This document shows positions 13,413 to 28,400 of a DNA stretch of 64,000 nucleotides, in pieces (the stretch's first letter is position 1; the number at the start of each line of letters is the position of its first letter). Below the pieces are notes generated by a model that did no database searches, was not told the DNA's origin, and was given only the letters and a program-made list of their open reading frames with translations. Origin of the DNA: Pristiophorus japonicus (lineage: Eukaryota); contig NC_091984.1 of NCBI RefSeq assembly GCF_044704955.1, positions 210,924,001 through 210,988,000 on the forward strand. Reading direction: 5' to 3'. Made by a program: the position numbers and the translations under genes.

Positions 13413-16400
13413 CTGCAACAAAGAGAAAGGTCAATAGCACAACCGTGTAGGGCCAGAGTTACATATTGCATTGTATTGCAATGGCTGTGCTGCAAGAGCA
13501 TCTTGTAAACTCGAGCTTGTCTGAAACTGCACGCTTACATTAGAAAAATGGTGTGCGCCCATTTCAGTGAGGACATCACATTTCAATGTGCATTAATTAC
13601 ATGAAAATATGCCCATTGAAATATATAACCATTACTTCCAAGAATTATGATTTTAATTAACTCTGAAGGTATTTAAAAAAAGATTTAGTCTTTACAATCA
13701 CATTGGTTTGAAAAAGAGCATTTGGTACTTCATGAACTTAACATTGATCAAACCAGCAGAGCGTTGAATATGAAGCCACTGGGTGATTGTAATCTGCTCA
13801 TTCATACCAGCAGACAAATACAAAAACAGCAAGTGATGAAACACAGCCTCTTCAAACAAAAGGCTCCATTGAATAGCAATGAAGGTGAAAACCACTCTAC
13901 TTCATTAAATTGCATGAATAATCTACTTTGTAATCAGTAATGGTCACAGCTACAGGTTCTTTGAACAGATAGAGGATGTGTGCGAAAGGCACCTGTAGTT
14001 TTATGTAACAAATCCTTTCAAGTAAAAGGATAAAGTAAATACCCAATTTACACTTTGAGGATGCATGAAGATGATTTTTCAACTTGCACAGCACTGATTT
14101 CCAGAGACAAGGCAATAATTGCCTGAAATCTCCCTCTGGACCTCACAATAAATGCAAGAGTGGTTTTCTAATTAGCAAGCAGAAAAGACATGAAAACTGA
14201 AAAGAATGAATAAATTGATGTAAAGAATCAAGTTCATCCCCATAGAGAAGCACACCCTACATAACATTGCTTTGGGATAAGTACCAGGGGTGTTTTACAA
14301 TGGCACTGCTGCATTATTGGTACAAATATTTTTGAACATTCATACTTTACCTGGTGGCTTCGGAATTATGACATTAACCACATAAAATTGGTTCACAAAT
14401 ATTTAAGCAGCAAGTTATACAACATGTTATCAGCTTTGGGAGTGGCTTATGGCCTGTACACAACACTGTTGGAACAATGGTGTCCTGTTGGCACACAGCA
14501 TCAAGTTCAGCTGCTCACCGAGAGGGGGTACCAATTTCCCCTCCCTCATCTCAAAGTTTATGGTAATTAAATGTGGAGTGTTGCAAGCAAGACATGTTGT
14601 ATAAAAAGATAAAGGGATTGATAGTTTGGCCAAAAATGAAACATCCATGATGTCAGGTAACAATGCAATTTGTACTTAAAAAAAAAAATGTAACAACTCT
14701 GTAGCCTCCATCCCCTGTTCAATTTATAATTAATCACAATTCTCAATTTATGAGGAAAAATGATAAATTTTCATGAGAAACACACAGGTCTAAGGAATTC
14801 TGACCACAAATATATTTTTAATTATAATTCATAGTTCAGCTCTTGCAAGTAGCATTGGAGTTTATAACAAAGATAAATCGCAGTGCTAAGAATTTCCTGA
14901 AACCAGAAATAATTTCTTGAAAATAATTTCAGCATCCTCCAAAGCAAATCAAATCCTGAATTTACGACAAAGTTCTAATCAGCTATTTCATTGGGGAGTG
15001 GACGGTAAAAGGCCGATCCAGTCATCATGGGATAGTGAATCAGCGACACTGAAAATAGGCATCAGAAAAAAGCTAGCCAGCAAAGCATAGCAAAAAAGAC
15101 ACTGCACAAGCATAGGGCAAAGAATGGAAGTGGCAAGTTTTTGCAACTGACTAAAATTAAATGAATTGCTAACCTCCAAATCCTGACCCGTAGTACAAAA
15201 CCACCATGGCAGGCATGCAACAAAGGAAAAAAAAACGTAACTATAAAATACTACAGCTTTTCCCCAACAGAAATAGAAAAAAAACCTAATCTTGATTAAT
15301 ATACAAATGGCATGTAGGGACATAACACTGCAAAACATTAACACACAGGGAAGACTACACAATGATGCATATTACAGAACAAGACAAAATAATTTAAACT
15401 AAGATACAAAGTACATTATTGTATTACTAAGTTTAATACTAACAGTAATGAAGTTCACTTCTAAACAGTGGACAATTTAGAAGTACAGTAAGTGGTAAAA
15501 CTGAATTGTATGCAATACATGATGGCCATAGAACATAGAAATGTTACATTCTGAATAATTTTTGAAAGCTAGCAATACAAAGTGTTTCCACTGCCCTGAT
15601 CTTATTCCACCAAGTAGAATGAGAAAAGTTGAGGGGAACCTCTGTATAGTTGCCAATAAATATAGCAGGAATAAGTAATTTGTGAACAGGTTTTGTGATT
15701 CTGTATTGGTTTCTGTTAAATAAACACTAGCAATAAACTGAGTTGCAGTATCTGGAGTACAGTAAAAACACAGCACATCACAAAAGGAAAAAGTACAAAA
15801 TATAGTCCACCCCCACCTTCTCAATAAAATATTCAGCTTTATTACAAAAAAATAAGAATTTCAAATATCAAAGAACAAAGTAAAACTTTTAAAAGTATAA
15901 AAGGAGACACCACAATGTTCAACACTTACCGTGTAATTGGAATTGCCAGGTTGGATCCTTAGCTCTGCCAAAACCCAGATTCCATTGGTCAGTTTTAAGG
16001 ACTGATACAACATATCTTGCCCTTCAACATTCCTCTTTGCAACAGTGAAAATATTATTGCTTTGAAGCTTATTAGTGACTGCATCTGCAAGTTTAGAAAA
16101 CAATCAGCAGCAAACTTTTAATCAAAAAAGTACAAAAACTGGAAAAATACTATTATTCAAACTTAAGTGCGTAAGTTTGCAGCATCAGTATTTAACACCA
16201 AAGAGCTCTGGATCATCAGCATGGAAAATTATTTTAGGTCAGCCTCTATAACTGATTTATATTGGCTAAAAAAAAAAACTGAATAGACACGAGATGCAAA
16301 TTTAAAATGTTGTTTGACTCCTTGGTCATTGCCACAAAGGTTTCAAATTACTGAATATCCGAAAGCAATGCACCATGAAGCAGTGTGATAAACCTCGACC

Positions 16401-19400
16401 GCCCACAGGTATCCTAATTTCATCTGGCCACCTGAAAAGAGAATAAGTGGAAGATGCACATCGAGTAGAAAATTGTAGAGATGAAGCCAGCCAATTTGCT
16501 CTTGAACAGCTACTTTCACCCAATTTCATACACTGGAAACAGGACACTTGTATGTTCCCTTAATCAGAACAGTTCAAGATGAAGTAAAAACATTCAAATC
16601 TAATAAAATTCAATGAAATGCAACTCGAAATTTAAATCTACAAGTACAATATTCTTGAGATTGCTTCTGACTCACATTGCACAAGGTGAAATTGTACCAA
16701 TAGAAAATTATGATTTTCTTTCCTCCTACGCGAGATGGCATAACAGAGTGCAGTTTCAGAAGACAAAAAAAATCAATCTAGTGATGGCTTCTGTACTGTA
16801 CTTTCAATGGTCAAGTCAGATTTTCCATAGCCTAATGCAGTATATCTATTAGTTAACTTCGAACAAGGTTTATACTGCAGTATGACAGGAGTAAGATTTT
16901 AACCTGTTTCATACTAGCCTTTGATGCCAACAAAGGCTTACATAATCTATTTTAATTTAACAATCGAGATTGTATTATTTATTAAATGTTAACAATTTGA
17001 AGCTACAAAAATTTCATTTTATGGATTTAAAACAATTCATAAACTGGTATGTTAATCAAGTTTCCACATACATTCATTTTAATTATATTTCATGTTCAAT
17101 GCAAAGCATTAAGATCAACTCTAAGGATTTCCCAAATAAGAAAAAGGTATCTTAACATTACTGCTTAGAATAAATTCTTCTATTTGGAACAACAACTTGT
17201 TCAACAGGAATTTTAAATGCAATTAACAGACAAGGAACTATTTTGCTTCAATATCAAACCCTTGATAATGTTCAAAAACCATTAGAGTTCTAGCACAGAG
17301 GTTTCTGCTGGTGCAATAGCTGAAATTATATTCAGATCGGTTTTGAAAAGAGACTGTTGCAGTTTAATGGAAGTAAACCAGTCAAGACTGAATAATTACT
17401 AGGTAGTTTTCAAAATTAAATGTTGGTGTTTCTTTGCTTCATTTGTTGCTTCACAAATACTCTTTACTGATTAAAGTTAATGGCTTCAAACAACCTAGCC
17501 TAAAATTATTCATGGAAGAGAGTAATGGACAAAGCAGAAGCTCAAGATCCAAATTCAGAAGGTTATGCATGTTATCCAAGACCATCAAAGGAAAACCAAT
17601 TCCTGCAGCACAGTTAACGATGCAAGGCAGAATGATTCACTTCAGAAAGCAGATATGAGCGGCCTAAAGCAATATTGAACTCTACTATTGAACTCTACGG
17701 AGAGGGATCAAGAATTTTGTTGATTAAACTAACAGGGTAAAGCACTGAGCCAGAGATTGTACATCAACTCTCCTGGAAGGAAATAAATTGCCACATGTCA
17801 TGTCCCGCCATCAGACCAGATAAGTGGAGAAAAACAAACAATATGGTCTCACTTTTTTTCCCCCTTTTATAAAATAAACTCAAGACAGGATAGATGGTGG
17901 CATGCATGTTAATTAACTTGAAATGTCACCGTTTAGATTATTTTTAGGTTTTCTAGATTAGATTCCATTCCTACACAATACTAAAAAAACAGTAGTTTAG
18001 CCTGTTAATTCTACAAGATGTTACAATACATCAAACTACTGTCCCTATACACTTTCAGCAAAAGCCAGTCAAGTCAGAATTACTAGGTAGTTTTTGTAAC
18101 TACATTTTGGTGCATGAGCTTTTGTTAATAGCTATCAAGATCACAAGCAGATTTCTGGAAGCAGGATTGGAGGATTATATATTGTATTCACAAAACAGTT
18201 AAATATCCAGTTGCAGAAATACTAGACCCAAATCTTAGTTATGCATCAGAAGATTCATTGATGTATTTAAAGAGTGGTTACCTGGTGCAGTGTTAGTTAT
18301 ACAGTCGAAAATCAGTTTATCACAAAAAATAAGCAGTTATAAGTGTCTAGTACTCCACTTGTGAGTAATCAGATTTTAAATCATTGAAAATGACAAAAAA
18401 AACAGAACCATACACCAGTTTCATTGGTGCATGCTAGTCAGTTTCTTAATGAAATACTTAGTGTGAAACTTTTTAAACGTGCCTACTAGTGCCTGTGCAC
18501 CTAAAAAACTAAATTCCGTGAGCCTCCCTCAAACAGTCGCAATCGGCAGAAACTCGCCATGCTCATTATTTCGATCTAGGGTGTGGGCGGTTTTGCGTGG
18601 GGCTAACTTTCAGCACAATACTTTTAAAACCAGCGTTAAAAGATTGCAGAAACTCAATTTACGCTTTATGTAACTTGCGTTTAAAATTCCCCATGTTTTG
18701 CGCTGGTTTGGATGATTTCAGCTGGATTGATTTGATAAAATCAGCGGAAACTCTAGCCAGTTATCATCCATGCAATAATTTTACCTTTTCTTGGTTGGGC
18801 CACTAGAAGACGATGAGTAGCATATACCTTATGTTTCAGGAAGTAGGCACTAATCTCCCGAGTGACACAAAATTGTGAAAACACCAGGTAGACATTAGGA
18901 GCAAGGGTGAAAGTTGGTGCTATTGTCATGCTAAAGAAAATCTACGAGTAAATGGCTGAGTTTAAAAAAACCAACTTGTAGCAGAAACCATGTCTTATGG
19001 CAGAACTGTTTACTATTACACCTTCAGGCCGAGAGTATTCACAGGCTCAAAAGCCAAAATATTTTAGCTAGCAAGACAACAACAACCTTCTGCAGGCAGT
19101 GTAATGGTCGATCCACTAGTTGTGCCTCAAGGAGGAACCTCCATATCGATGGTAGTTGACTGTTGTCAGTATTGCAAACTGACAGCAACACACATTCAGA
19201 TTAAGTTGATTCCATTGTGAAGACAATGCTGATCACAAAATTGGTAACAATTTAAACACTGCAATTTAGAGATGCCAAGGATTGGATATATTCCATAATC
19301 AAAAAAAATTGCATATTTACCTGCATTAAGATGGCAGTCTTTAATTTGGAATTGTACTTCATTCTCATTGGGAATGTCTTTCCAGGTTGCCAGAAAGATC

Positions 19401-22400
19401 TGTCGATCTGCACAGAAAATAAATGAGTGCTACAAGTTAGTCACAACTTGCATTGAATCTAAAATTAAATTAAGAAAAAAAAATCTAGTGTTTTCATTCT
19501 AACAGCTTCATAATAGCACCCTACCTGAAGTCAGTTGACAACCTGAATTTAGTTTTACACAATTCAAGTCGCTTAGAAAGCACACACCTATGCAGCTACA
19601 GATGCCAGGAGCTTCTAGTATACCTAAATGGCTGGTGAGCATAGAAATGATCAGCAGGCTATTTGATCGTGGAACACAAAGTCCCATTCTGTCTTCACCT
19701 CACACTCATATCAGCACGCCCAGTTGGGATATTTTCCCATCCTAGTTCAGAAACATTGAGGCTCATTGTAGAATTATGAAAGCTCACTTAGATGTCAAGT
19801 GAGAATATGATCAAGCTTGGCCTTCATGCCTGCTGATGCTGTCTAGGCTCACATGAAGAATGAGCATTTTGGTGCTGTGGAGGGTGTTGCCACCCATGGA
19901 TGCATGCCCCAGCAAGAGGTGGCACTTCCAGAGATAAAAGGAAAATGTTAAGAAAGTAGTTGAGCACTAATTAAATACTTTACATTTCAATACATTGTTC
20001 TGTTTAGTTACTATTGTATTGTGTTGTCAATCAATAAAATTCAATACCCTAAAAGCAAGTTGAGATACTGGAGGTCCATCTACACCTATCTTGGTGTAGT
20101 CCATCTGGATGCCAATGAGCGTCCAGAGGAAACCAGGCCATGTCTACTCATCCAGCTCATCTACCTAGAAATGTTAATTTAGCCAGTAAACACCCATACC
20201 AGGAAATGCATTTGACTGCTGCAAGAAAATGTTTTTACCAAGAACTTGTTTTTGACCTCCAATAGGGACTTTAACTGACACTATGTCTGAGGACCAGAGC
20301 GCAGATAGACACTTGGGAAAGACTAGAAGTCAAACCATTTCTAATAACTAAGCTTTTTATCTTGACAAGCTCATTATTGGACTAATATGAAATATGTGGA
20401 ATGGTTATATTGGGGCTTCAAGATTTACCAACAATCCTAGCTACTTGGAATAGAGGGTAGTGTGCTTGCCAGTCCTCCTAGGAAGGTGGCCCTCAGCAAA
20501 TTTTCCACAAGGAGCCCTTTAAAAACACAGATGCACTACCACCCTGCCAGCTACTTGAAGATGTATTTTTGAATTTTATGATCGCAGCATAGGTCACTAA
20601 ACCACAAGAATAATGAGTATAGTCACCGTTCTGACCTGCACAGTTTTGAACAATAAAGTTTTAGGTCCACCATTTAGATCCCTCACAGCTGCTCAGGCAT
20701 TGCAAGCAAGGATCAATTTAGTCACATTTAAAACCAGAGATCAGCACAAATTCAAATTCCGATTTGGGTTTAGCTCCATGGTAGCGGTTTGTTACAACAG
20801 AGGGCAGTTAGGAGGCAACCACAATACTGTGGGTCTGGAGTCACATATAGGCCAGGCAAGGATGACAGATTTCCTTCCCTAAAAGGACATTAGTGAACCA
20901 GATGGGTTTTTATGACAATCCTGCAGTTTCATGGTCACCATTACAGATACTAGATTTTTATCCCAGATTTATTTAATTAACTGAATTTAACTCAGCTGCC
21001 GTGGTGGGATTTGAACTCGTGTCTCTGGATCATTAGTCCAGTAACAACCACTTTGTTACTGTTCGCATAGTCAGGGATAACCTATTTACACTAGCCAGTG
21101 TGTCAGTAACTGGAACGCATGTGTATAAAAAGAGTAGATATATTTTTTTTTAAATCACAGGACTGTTAGGACATGGAATGCCTACCAGAAACAGTAGTGG
21201 ATGCAAAATTCGTAATAGGTTTTTAAAAAGGTACTTGGATAAATATTTGAAAAAGAAAAATTTAAAAAGGGAGGGGAATGGGACCAAGTGGAAAGCCGTT
21301 TGAGTTCCAAACAAAGCCAGATGGACTGTTGCCTTCAGAATTCTCTGATTCTAGCTAAAATTAAAGCCCATGTGCCAAAAATAGAAGGAAGATTTCTCAC
21401 TAGTTGCAATCAAATTTGTTACTCTAAAGCATGGAAAACTGTATAAAGCAGAATGCAATTTTCAAAAGGAAGGAACATTTCCCCGAATATAGAATGTGGA
21501 CGATGAATAGTAGTTAAATATAATTTCCAATACAAGGCATGTTTGAATTTTTTAAATCAACTTGCAACAGAAAGGTTAAGGTACACTGAAATACCAGCAC
21601 AGAACTGTGCAAAAAGTTATTATTTCCAATCAGCTCACACATATTCCGATGCAGCGCACAGAATTCAGAGATACTATTCCAAGTAAACTAAGCTTTGTTT
21701 TCATCTCCAGGGGATTTTTAAAATTTTTTTTAATGCCTGCAACTGGTAATTAGTGCCTTTGTTCATCCATCCTAAGCAACTGCACTCGGAATACGGAAAA
21801 CACTCACCCATCTTTCCATCTTCCACAAACAACATATTAATTGGGTACAGGCAACTGAAGTAGAAGACATCAATATTGTTCTTTACTGCAACCTGTTCAC
21901 AAAAGAAAGAATTAGAATTGTGTTTTAGCTCTTTTAAAATGTCAGTGATTTTCCTGCATCATTTGTTCTGTCCTTGTCAACAAATGCCACAGTATATAGA
22001 TGTGCTACAAAGTTACTTCAATTGTTTAAAATAAAAGCATTTAAAACACCATGTAGAATGATTGACAGCCAGACTGTGCTGTAATTTTTGAGTACCCTCT
22101 ACTTCCAGCCATTCACAATTATTTTACTTTGAAACAGGAGCTCAGGCACAATTTTTCCCCAAAATTTATAAGACAAAAGCTGTAGCAGCAGATTCTAATA
22201 AGCTGGGCTGAATTACAGCAATGTTATAGGAAAAAATGTAAATATAGTTTTATGAAAGTTCATCACAGAGAGCATAATCTGAATTCAGAGGAAAAGTAAA
22301 AAAAATGTGATCTGCAGAGGCAAGCCAATTCCAGTTCCATCTGCGTAGTGAATATCTGCATCTGCTCCAGCATTACCACGGACAGAACAGTGCCGCAGAA

Positions 22401-25400
22401 TGGGAGGGCACGAGGAGTCTGGTAAGTAAAGATGAGCCAGTTTGCCACAAAAGTGGCCGAGTAGATAATCACACCTCTTATAAACCAGTTACAATCGAGA
22501 GATGAGTATTTGTTTACATTCATTTAGGGAACATTGCAGAATAACCTCAACATGGAAAAAAAATCAAGTGGGGTTGGAGCACGACAAAGCGACAGTCCGG
22601 TTGCACCAATGATCATGGAATATTCATGACTCCAATGACACAATCTTAGATTAGTTTGTGAAAGTTTCAAACACAAGAGTTAGGGCAGATCTCATGAATG
22701 CTGTTAAGTTTGAAAAGACTGACTTTGCAGTATTTCCTTTCAAGATACTGCTGACATTAAAAGTTCTGCTGTAGAAACTGAAATGTGTTGAAAACTGGCT
22801 TTACATTGCCATAGGTATGAAGCATTCATTTTAGAGCAGTTTGAATGGAATTGGAAAAAAATCCCGACTACAAAAAGATTGTTATTTTCATCTTGCAATT
22901 AAAACACTCTGTTCTGCGTGTATGCAGTGGTAATGGATTACTTAGTCTGGATTATGTTGCATCATGGGAAACTGCAGTCATTTGCTGCTTGCATGATTGC
23001 TTTAGAGACTTGGACAGAATTCATTTTTGCCTCTGCCAGGAGACAACATTACTAAGAGATGGGAGGATGGTGCGTGGCATTACATTGGGCCAGATTTTGC
23101 TGTCAAAATAAGGTGAGGCTTACGGTGCTTGTCATTATTTATGCGCAAATGGCACAGCAACTTCAGGCGAGGGGCAGATATGCAAAAATTGCTGCCATTA
23201 GCTTTGCGAAAAAAGCATCTTGATGTCTGCTTTACTCTTGAAATGCATTGAATGGCATGAAGTTAGTTTATTTGCGCAATAGATACAAATTACTCACCAC
23301 GGAAAGTTAAGCCTCATCATTTAAAGTGTCAGTACCCTTTTAAGAACATAATAGGAGGAGTAGGCCATTTAGCCCCTCAAGCCTGCTCCACCATTTAATA
23401 AAATCATGGCTGATATGATCTTGAGCTCAGCTCCACTTCCCCGCCCGCTCCCCATATCCCTTTACTCCCTTATTGTTCAAAAATCTGTCTATCTCCACCT
23501 TAAATATATTCAATGACCCAGCCTCCACAGTTCTCTGGGGCAGAGAATCCCACAGATTCACAACCCTCAGAAAAGAAATTCCTCTTTCTCAGTTTTAAAT
23601 GAACGACCCCTTATTCTTAAACTATGCCCTCTAGTTCTAGATTCCCCCATGAGTAGAAGCATCCTGTCTGCATCTACCCCCTCAGTATCTTGTGTTTCAA
23701 TAAGATTACCTCTCATTCTTCTAAACTTCAATGATTATAGGCCCAACCTGCTCAACCTTTTTTCATCAGTCAACTCCATCTCAGGAATCAATCTCGCGAA
23801 CTCTCTCTGAACTGCCTCCAATGCAAGTATATCCCTCCTTAAATAAGATCAATGTCTCACCAATACCCTGTACAGTTGTAGCAGAACTTCCCTGCTTTTA
23901 TACTCCACTCCCCCTTGCAATAAAGGGCAACAATTTCCAGTTGCCTTCATGATTATTTGTTGTACCTGCATACTAACTGTGTTTCATGCACAAGGACCCC
24001 TAGGTCTCTCTGTACTGCAGCATTTTGTAATCTCTCTCCATTTAAATAATAATTTGCTTTTTTATTTTTCCTGCCAAAGTGGATAACCTCATACTTTCCC
24101 ACATTATATTCCATCTGTCAAATGTTTGCCCACTCACTTAGCCTGTCTATATCCCTTTGCAGATTGTGTGTGTCCTTTTCACATCTTGCTTTCCCCACCC
24201 ATCTTTGTATCAGCAGCAAACTTGGTTACATTACACTCCGTCCCTTCATCCAAGTCATTAGTATAGGTTGTAAATAGTTGAGGCCCCAGTACCAATCCCT
24301 GTTGCACCCCACTAGTTACCAACCGGAAAATGACCCACTTATCTAGACGGGTCATTGACCTGAAACATTAATTGTTTTTCTCCCCACAGATGCTACCTGA
24401 CCCGCTGAGATTTCCGGAATTTTCTGCTTTTATTCCAGATTTCAGCATCCGCAGTATTTTGCTTTTGTATCCCGACTTTAATGTTTTCAGTTAGCCAATC
24501 CTCTATCCATGCTAATATATTACCCCTAACCCCATGAGCTTGTATCTTGTGCAGTAACCTTTTATGTGGCACCTTGTTGAATACCTTCTGGAAATCCAAA
24601 TACACCACATCTACTGGTTCTCCCTTATCCACCCTGCTTGTTACATCCTCAAAGAACTCCAGCAAATTTGTCAAATTTGATTTCCCTTTCATAAAACCAT
24701 GCTGACTCTGCTTGACTGCATTATGATTTTCCAAATGTCCTGCTACTGCTTCCTTAATAATGAACTCCAGCATTTTCTCAATGACAGATGTTAGGAAACT
24801 ATAGACCAGTTAGCCTGCTTTCTGTCTCCCTCCTTTTCTTAAATAGGGGTATTACATTTGCAGTTTTCCAATCTGCTGGGACCTCTCCAAACTCCAGGGG
24901 ATTTTGGTAGATTGTAACCAATGCATCCACTATTTCTGCAGCCACTTCTTTTAAGACCCTGGGATGTAGGCCATCGGGTCCAGGCGACTTGTCCATCTTT
25001 AATTCCATTATTTTACCGAGTACTTTTTCTCTAGTGATAGGTAATCAAGGGGGAGCTTAAAACTATTATTGGGATGTGTCTTCTACTGTGAAGACCAATA
25101 CAAATATTTGTTCAAAGTCTCTGCCATTTCCCTATTCACCATTATTAATTCCCCAGTCTCATCCTCTAAAAGGACCAACATTTATTTTAGCTATCCTCTT
25201 CCTTTTTATATACTTGTAGAAGCTCTTACTGTTTTTATTTTTCTTGCTAGTTTATTCTCATGATCCACCTTCTCTATTATTTTTTGAGTTGTCCTTTGCT
25301 GGTTTCTAAAAAGTTCCCAATCCTCTGGCCTACCACTAATCTTTGCAACATTGTATGTCTTTGTTTTCAATTGGATACGATCCTTTACTTCCTTAGTTAG

Positions 25401-28400
25401 CCACGGATGGTTCTTCCTTCTCTTAGTCTTTCCTTTCCATTGGAATATATTTTTGTTGAGTGTTATGAAATATTTCCTTAAATGTCTGCCACTGCTCATC
25501 AACCGTCTTACGCTTTAATCTATTTTCCAAGTCCATTTTTAGCCAACTCTGCCTTCATATTATAATCACTTATTTAAGAGCAGGACACTGGTTTGAGACC
25601 CAACTTTCTCACCCTCCAAGTGAATTTGAAATTCAGCCATGCTATGATCACTCTTTCCTAGAGGATCTTTTACTATGAGATAATTTATTAATGACATGAT
25701 AATTGGTAATTACTGGCAATCAACCTCTGTGGCACTGAAAATTAAGTGGGGAGTCTCACTTCATCAGCTATTAATTATTGAAGATTTTTAAAATAAATGT
25801 TGCCGTTGTCTCTTTTTTCTCTCTTAATCCAATCTCTCTTTCCCTTTCTATTTCTCTTTCTGTACCTGATTTGACATTCTAATTTACACTTCCTCCTCGG
25901 TCTTTGTACTGTTTATTTCCCAATCCTTCAATCTGATTGGTTAAGGAGATACCCAGTTGCTGGCCTTGTTCACTCAGGGCCCAGATGCCCAGTTTCCCTT
26001 GCTGCGCCATCAGCTCGCACTTTCAGCAATTTGAAGCGCAAAAAATTAAAAAACCTAGACGTGCAAGGGCACGTCTAACTAATGGCAGATACCATTAGAT
26101 GCCCTGCTACAGCAAAATATGGCCCAATGTCTACTGCTTGGAATGAAATTTTTCTTGCTTTCCATTCAGTTTACACCTAGCACAGGAGTACTAGGATACG
26201 GATTCACCGAGACCAGCAACAAACCCTTTGGTAAACAGTATAGCAATTTCAAAACTTTGAAAATGCGACATTGCTATCAGAAAAATAGCTGTACAGAGCC
26301 TATTAGAAAACACATACATAATTCACTTAGGTGAAACTTTAAGTTCAAATTTCCTCAAGGACTCGATCAATCAAGCATTTTTGAAAGCAGATTATTAAGC
26401 AGGACAAAAGGCACATCAAAAATAATTCAGTATATTTTTGTGCTTGTCTCTCTCCATGCTCCTCACACACAGACAGCAAATGAAATTTAATGATGGGGAC
26501 AAGTGATTTTGTTTTTAACATTTGTTCAAGTTGGCAATTAAATAGGGTTGTACTGAAGTCACTGATAATCCTTTGATCCAGGCAAATGCACCAAGTTGAA
26601 GATAAAAATATGCAGTGATTTTCTATTATACCAGATACAAAATGAAGATACGGCTCGAAGCATAAATTATGGCTGGTGGCCACTCGTTACATGGTTGGCA
26701 TACACATTTCAAGAGTCAATTCAATCTGTTTGGTAATCAACTTAAGTGCTGCTTTCAAAACTCTTCAGAAAATTGAACATGGTCATCTAGTAAAAGAGCC
26801 TCTTTCTTCATCAAGCATTCATAACCCTTAAAACCTAAATAAATGTTTGTTACTTCAAAGCTCAAATTTTTGATTGTTAAAGTATCCTCCCCCCCTCAAA
26901 TTAAGCCATTTCATGAACATTTTAGGGAGATTAATGTGCAAACTAAAATTAATGGGAGTTGCACAACTATTCAACTATAAATGAAGTCATCGGGCAATCT
27001 CCATAAATAGATCTCTAATCACCCCTTTACTGAAATCTTGACTTTTGCTGGCATAATGAACGAACTAAAATTACTGTTTTGCTTGCATTAGTTCAATGTC
27101 CCAATGTTTACTCAATTAATTTGACCTCATTACACACCAAAGCCAATGTTTGCACTGATTTTTCTATCCCCTTCCATTCTCACTGAAACAATGCAGGTCG
27201 GGGGTAAAGGAGAGGAAGGACAGGAACAGCAGTGGTAATAAAAATTTCACAAGAGTTAGTTGCAGTTTAATTCAGACCTGTAGGTTGGTGAGAGGATCCA
27301 TCTTCATAACTGGACCAACTGTGTTCAAAGGGAGAGAAGCTTCAATTGTCTGGTTAGGAGTAAGTGGGGCATTGACCTGCAGGGGAGCAGCTGGTGCCAT
27401 TCCAAAGCTATGAAACAGAGAAAAGAAAATACAAAGTTAACAAAACATTTGTAATTCACATCATCCTTAATGAAAATAAGACTAGGCTTCCTGATAGCGC
27501 TGCAGGTAAAGCATTACCCAATGTAGCAATGAGCCATAAAGTCCAGGAAAATCCTTGTTCAATTCCTGGTCTATGCTGAATTAGCTAGTTTCAGCAGGGG
27601 CGATAGTGGCCCTCAACCTCATGCTGGGTTGGGATTGTGCCGAGGTGGTGACGGGTAACATGCTGTGGGATGGATAAAGGACACTCACGTGAAAGATAGA
27701 GTTTTGGTTAAGATCATCGAAGTGCTCCTTCCAGGGGACACGGACTACCTCTCTGTGCTTGATGAGCACCTCTCCTTTCTTGACTCAGTGGAATAGTACC
27801 TCGATGCTTGGGCCATAGGTGGACTTGACTTCGCTAAAAAATCCACGCATGTCCTGATTGTTGGCAGGATGCTGGGTCTCCTGCACCTTTTCGATCAACC
27901 ATTTGTTCTTAGGTCATGCCTTTTTCGTTGGACCTTGGCCTTCAGCTGTTTGATGTCTGCTTTCTTTCACTTGAATTGTGGAGTGGTTTCCAATTCAGAA
28001 TTGCGTTTGTGGTTTATTAGCTCCTGGATCTCCTGGTTGTTCTCATCAAACCAGTCTTGATGTTTTCTCGTAGAGTAACCAAGAGTCTCTTCGCAGGTGC
28101 TAAGTATGGCGGACTTGAGGGCAGACCAGGCACTGTGGACACTCTGCGGCCCCGGTTCATTGGAGGTCATCAGGTTGTCTGTGAGGCGTAGGCTGATTAG
28201 GGCTTTCTTTGCAGGGTCTTGAGTGCTTCAGCATGGACTTTCTTGCTCAGACGATGACGTAGTCTAGCAAATGCCAGTGCTTGGAGCGATGGCGTTGCCA
28301 GGAGACCTTATACTGGTCTTTCTGATGAAACAAGGTGTTGGTTATGACAAGACCATGTTCTGAGCATTTCGCCAGGAGGAGGATACCATTGGAGTTGGTT

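Larger units (their letters stand above)
23087..26125. mobile_element. MITE-like DNA element with TIRs, interrupted by CR1
   Basis: Inverted repeat acattgggccagattttgctgt (23082-23103) and acagcaaaatatggcccaatgt (26109-26130), one mismatch in 22 nt. Confidence 0.7.
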
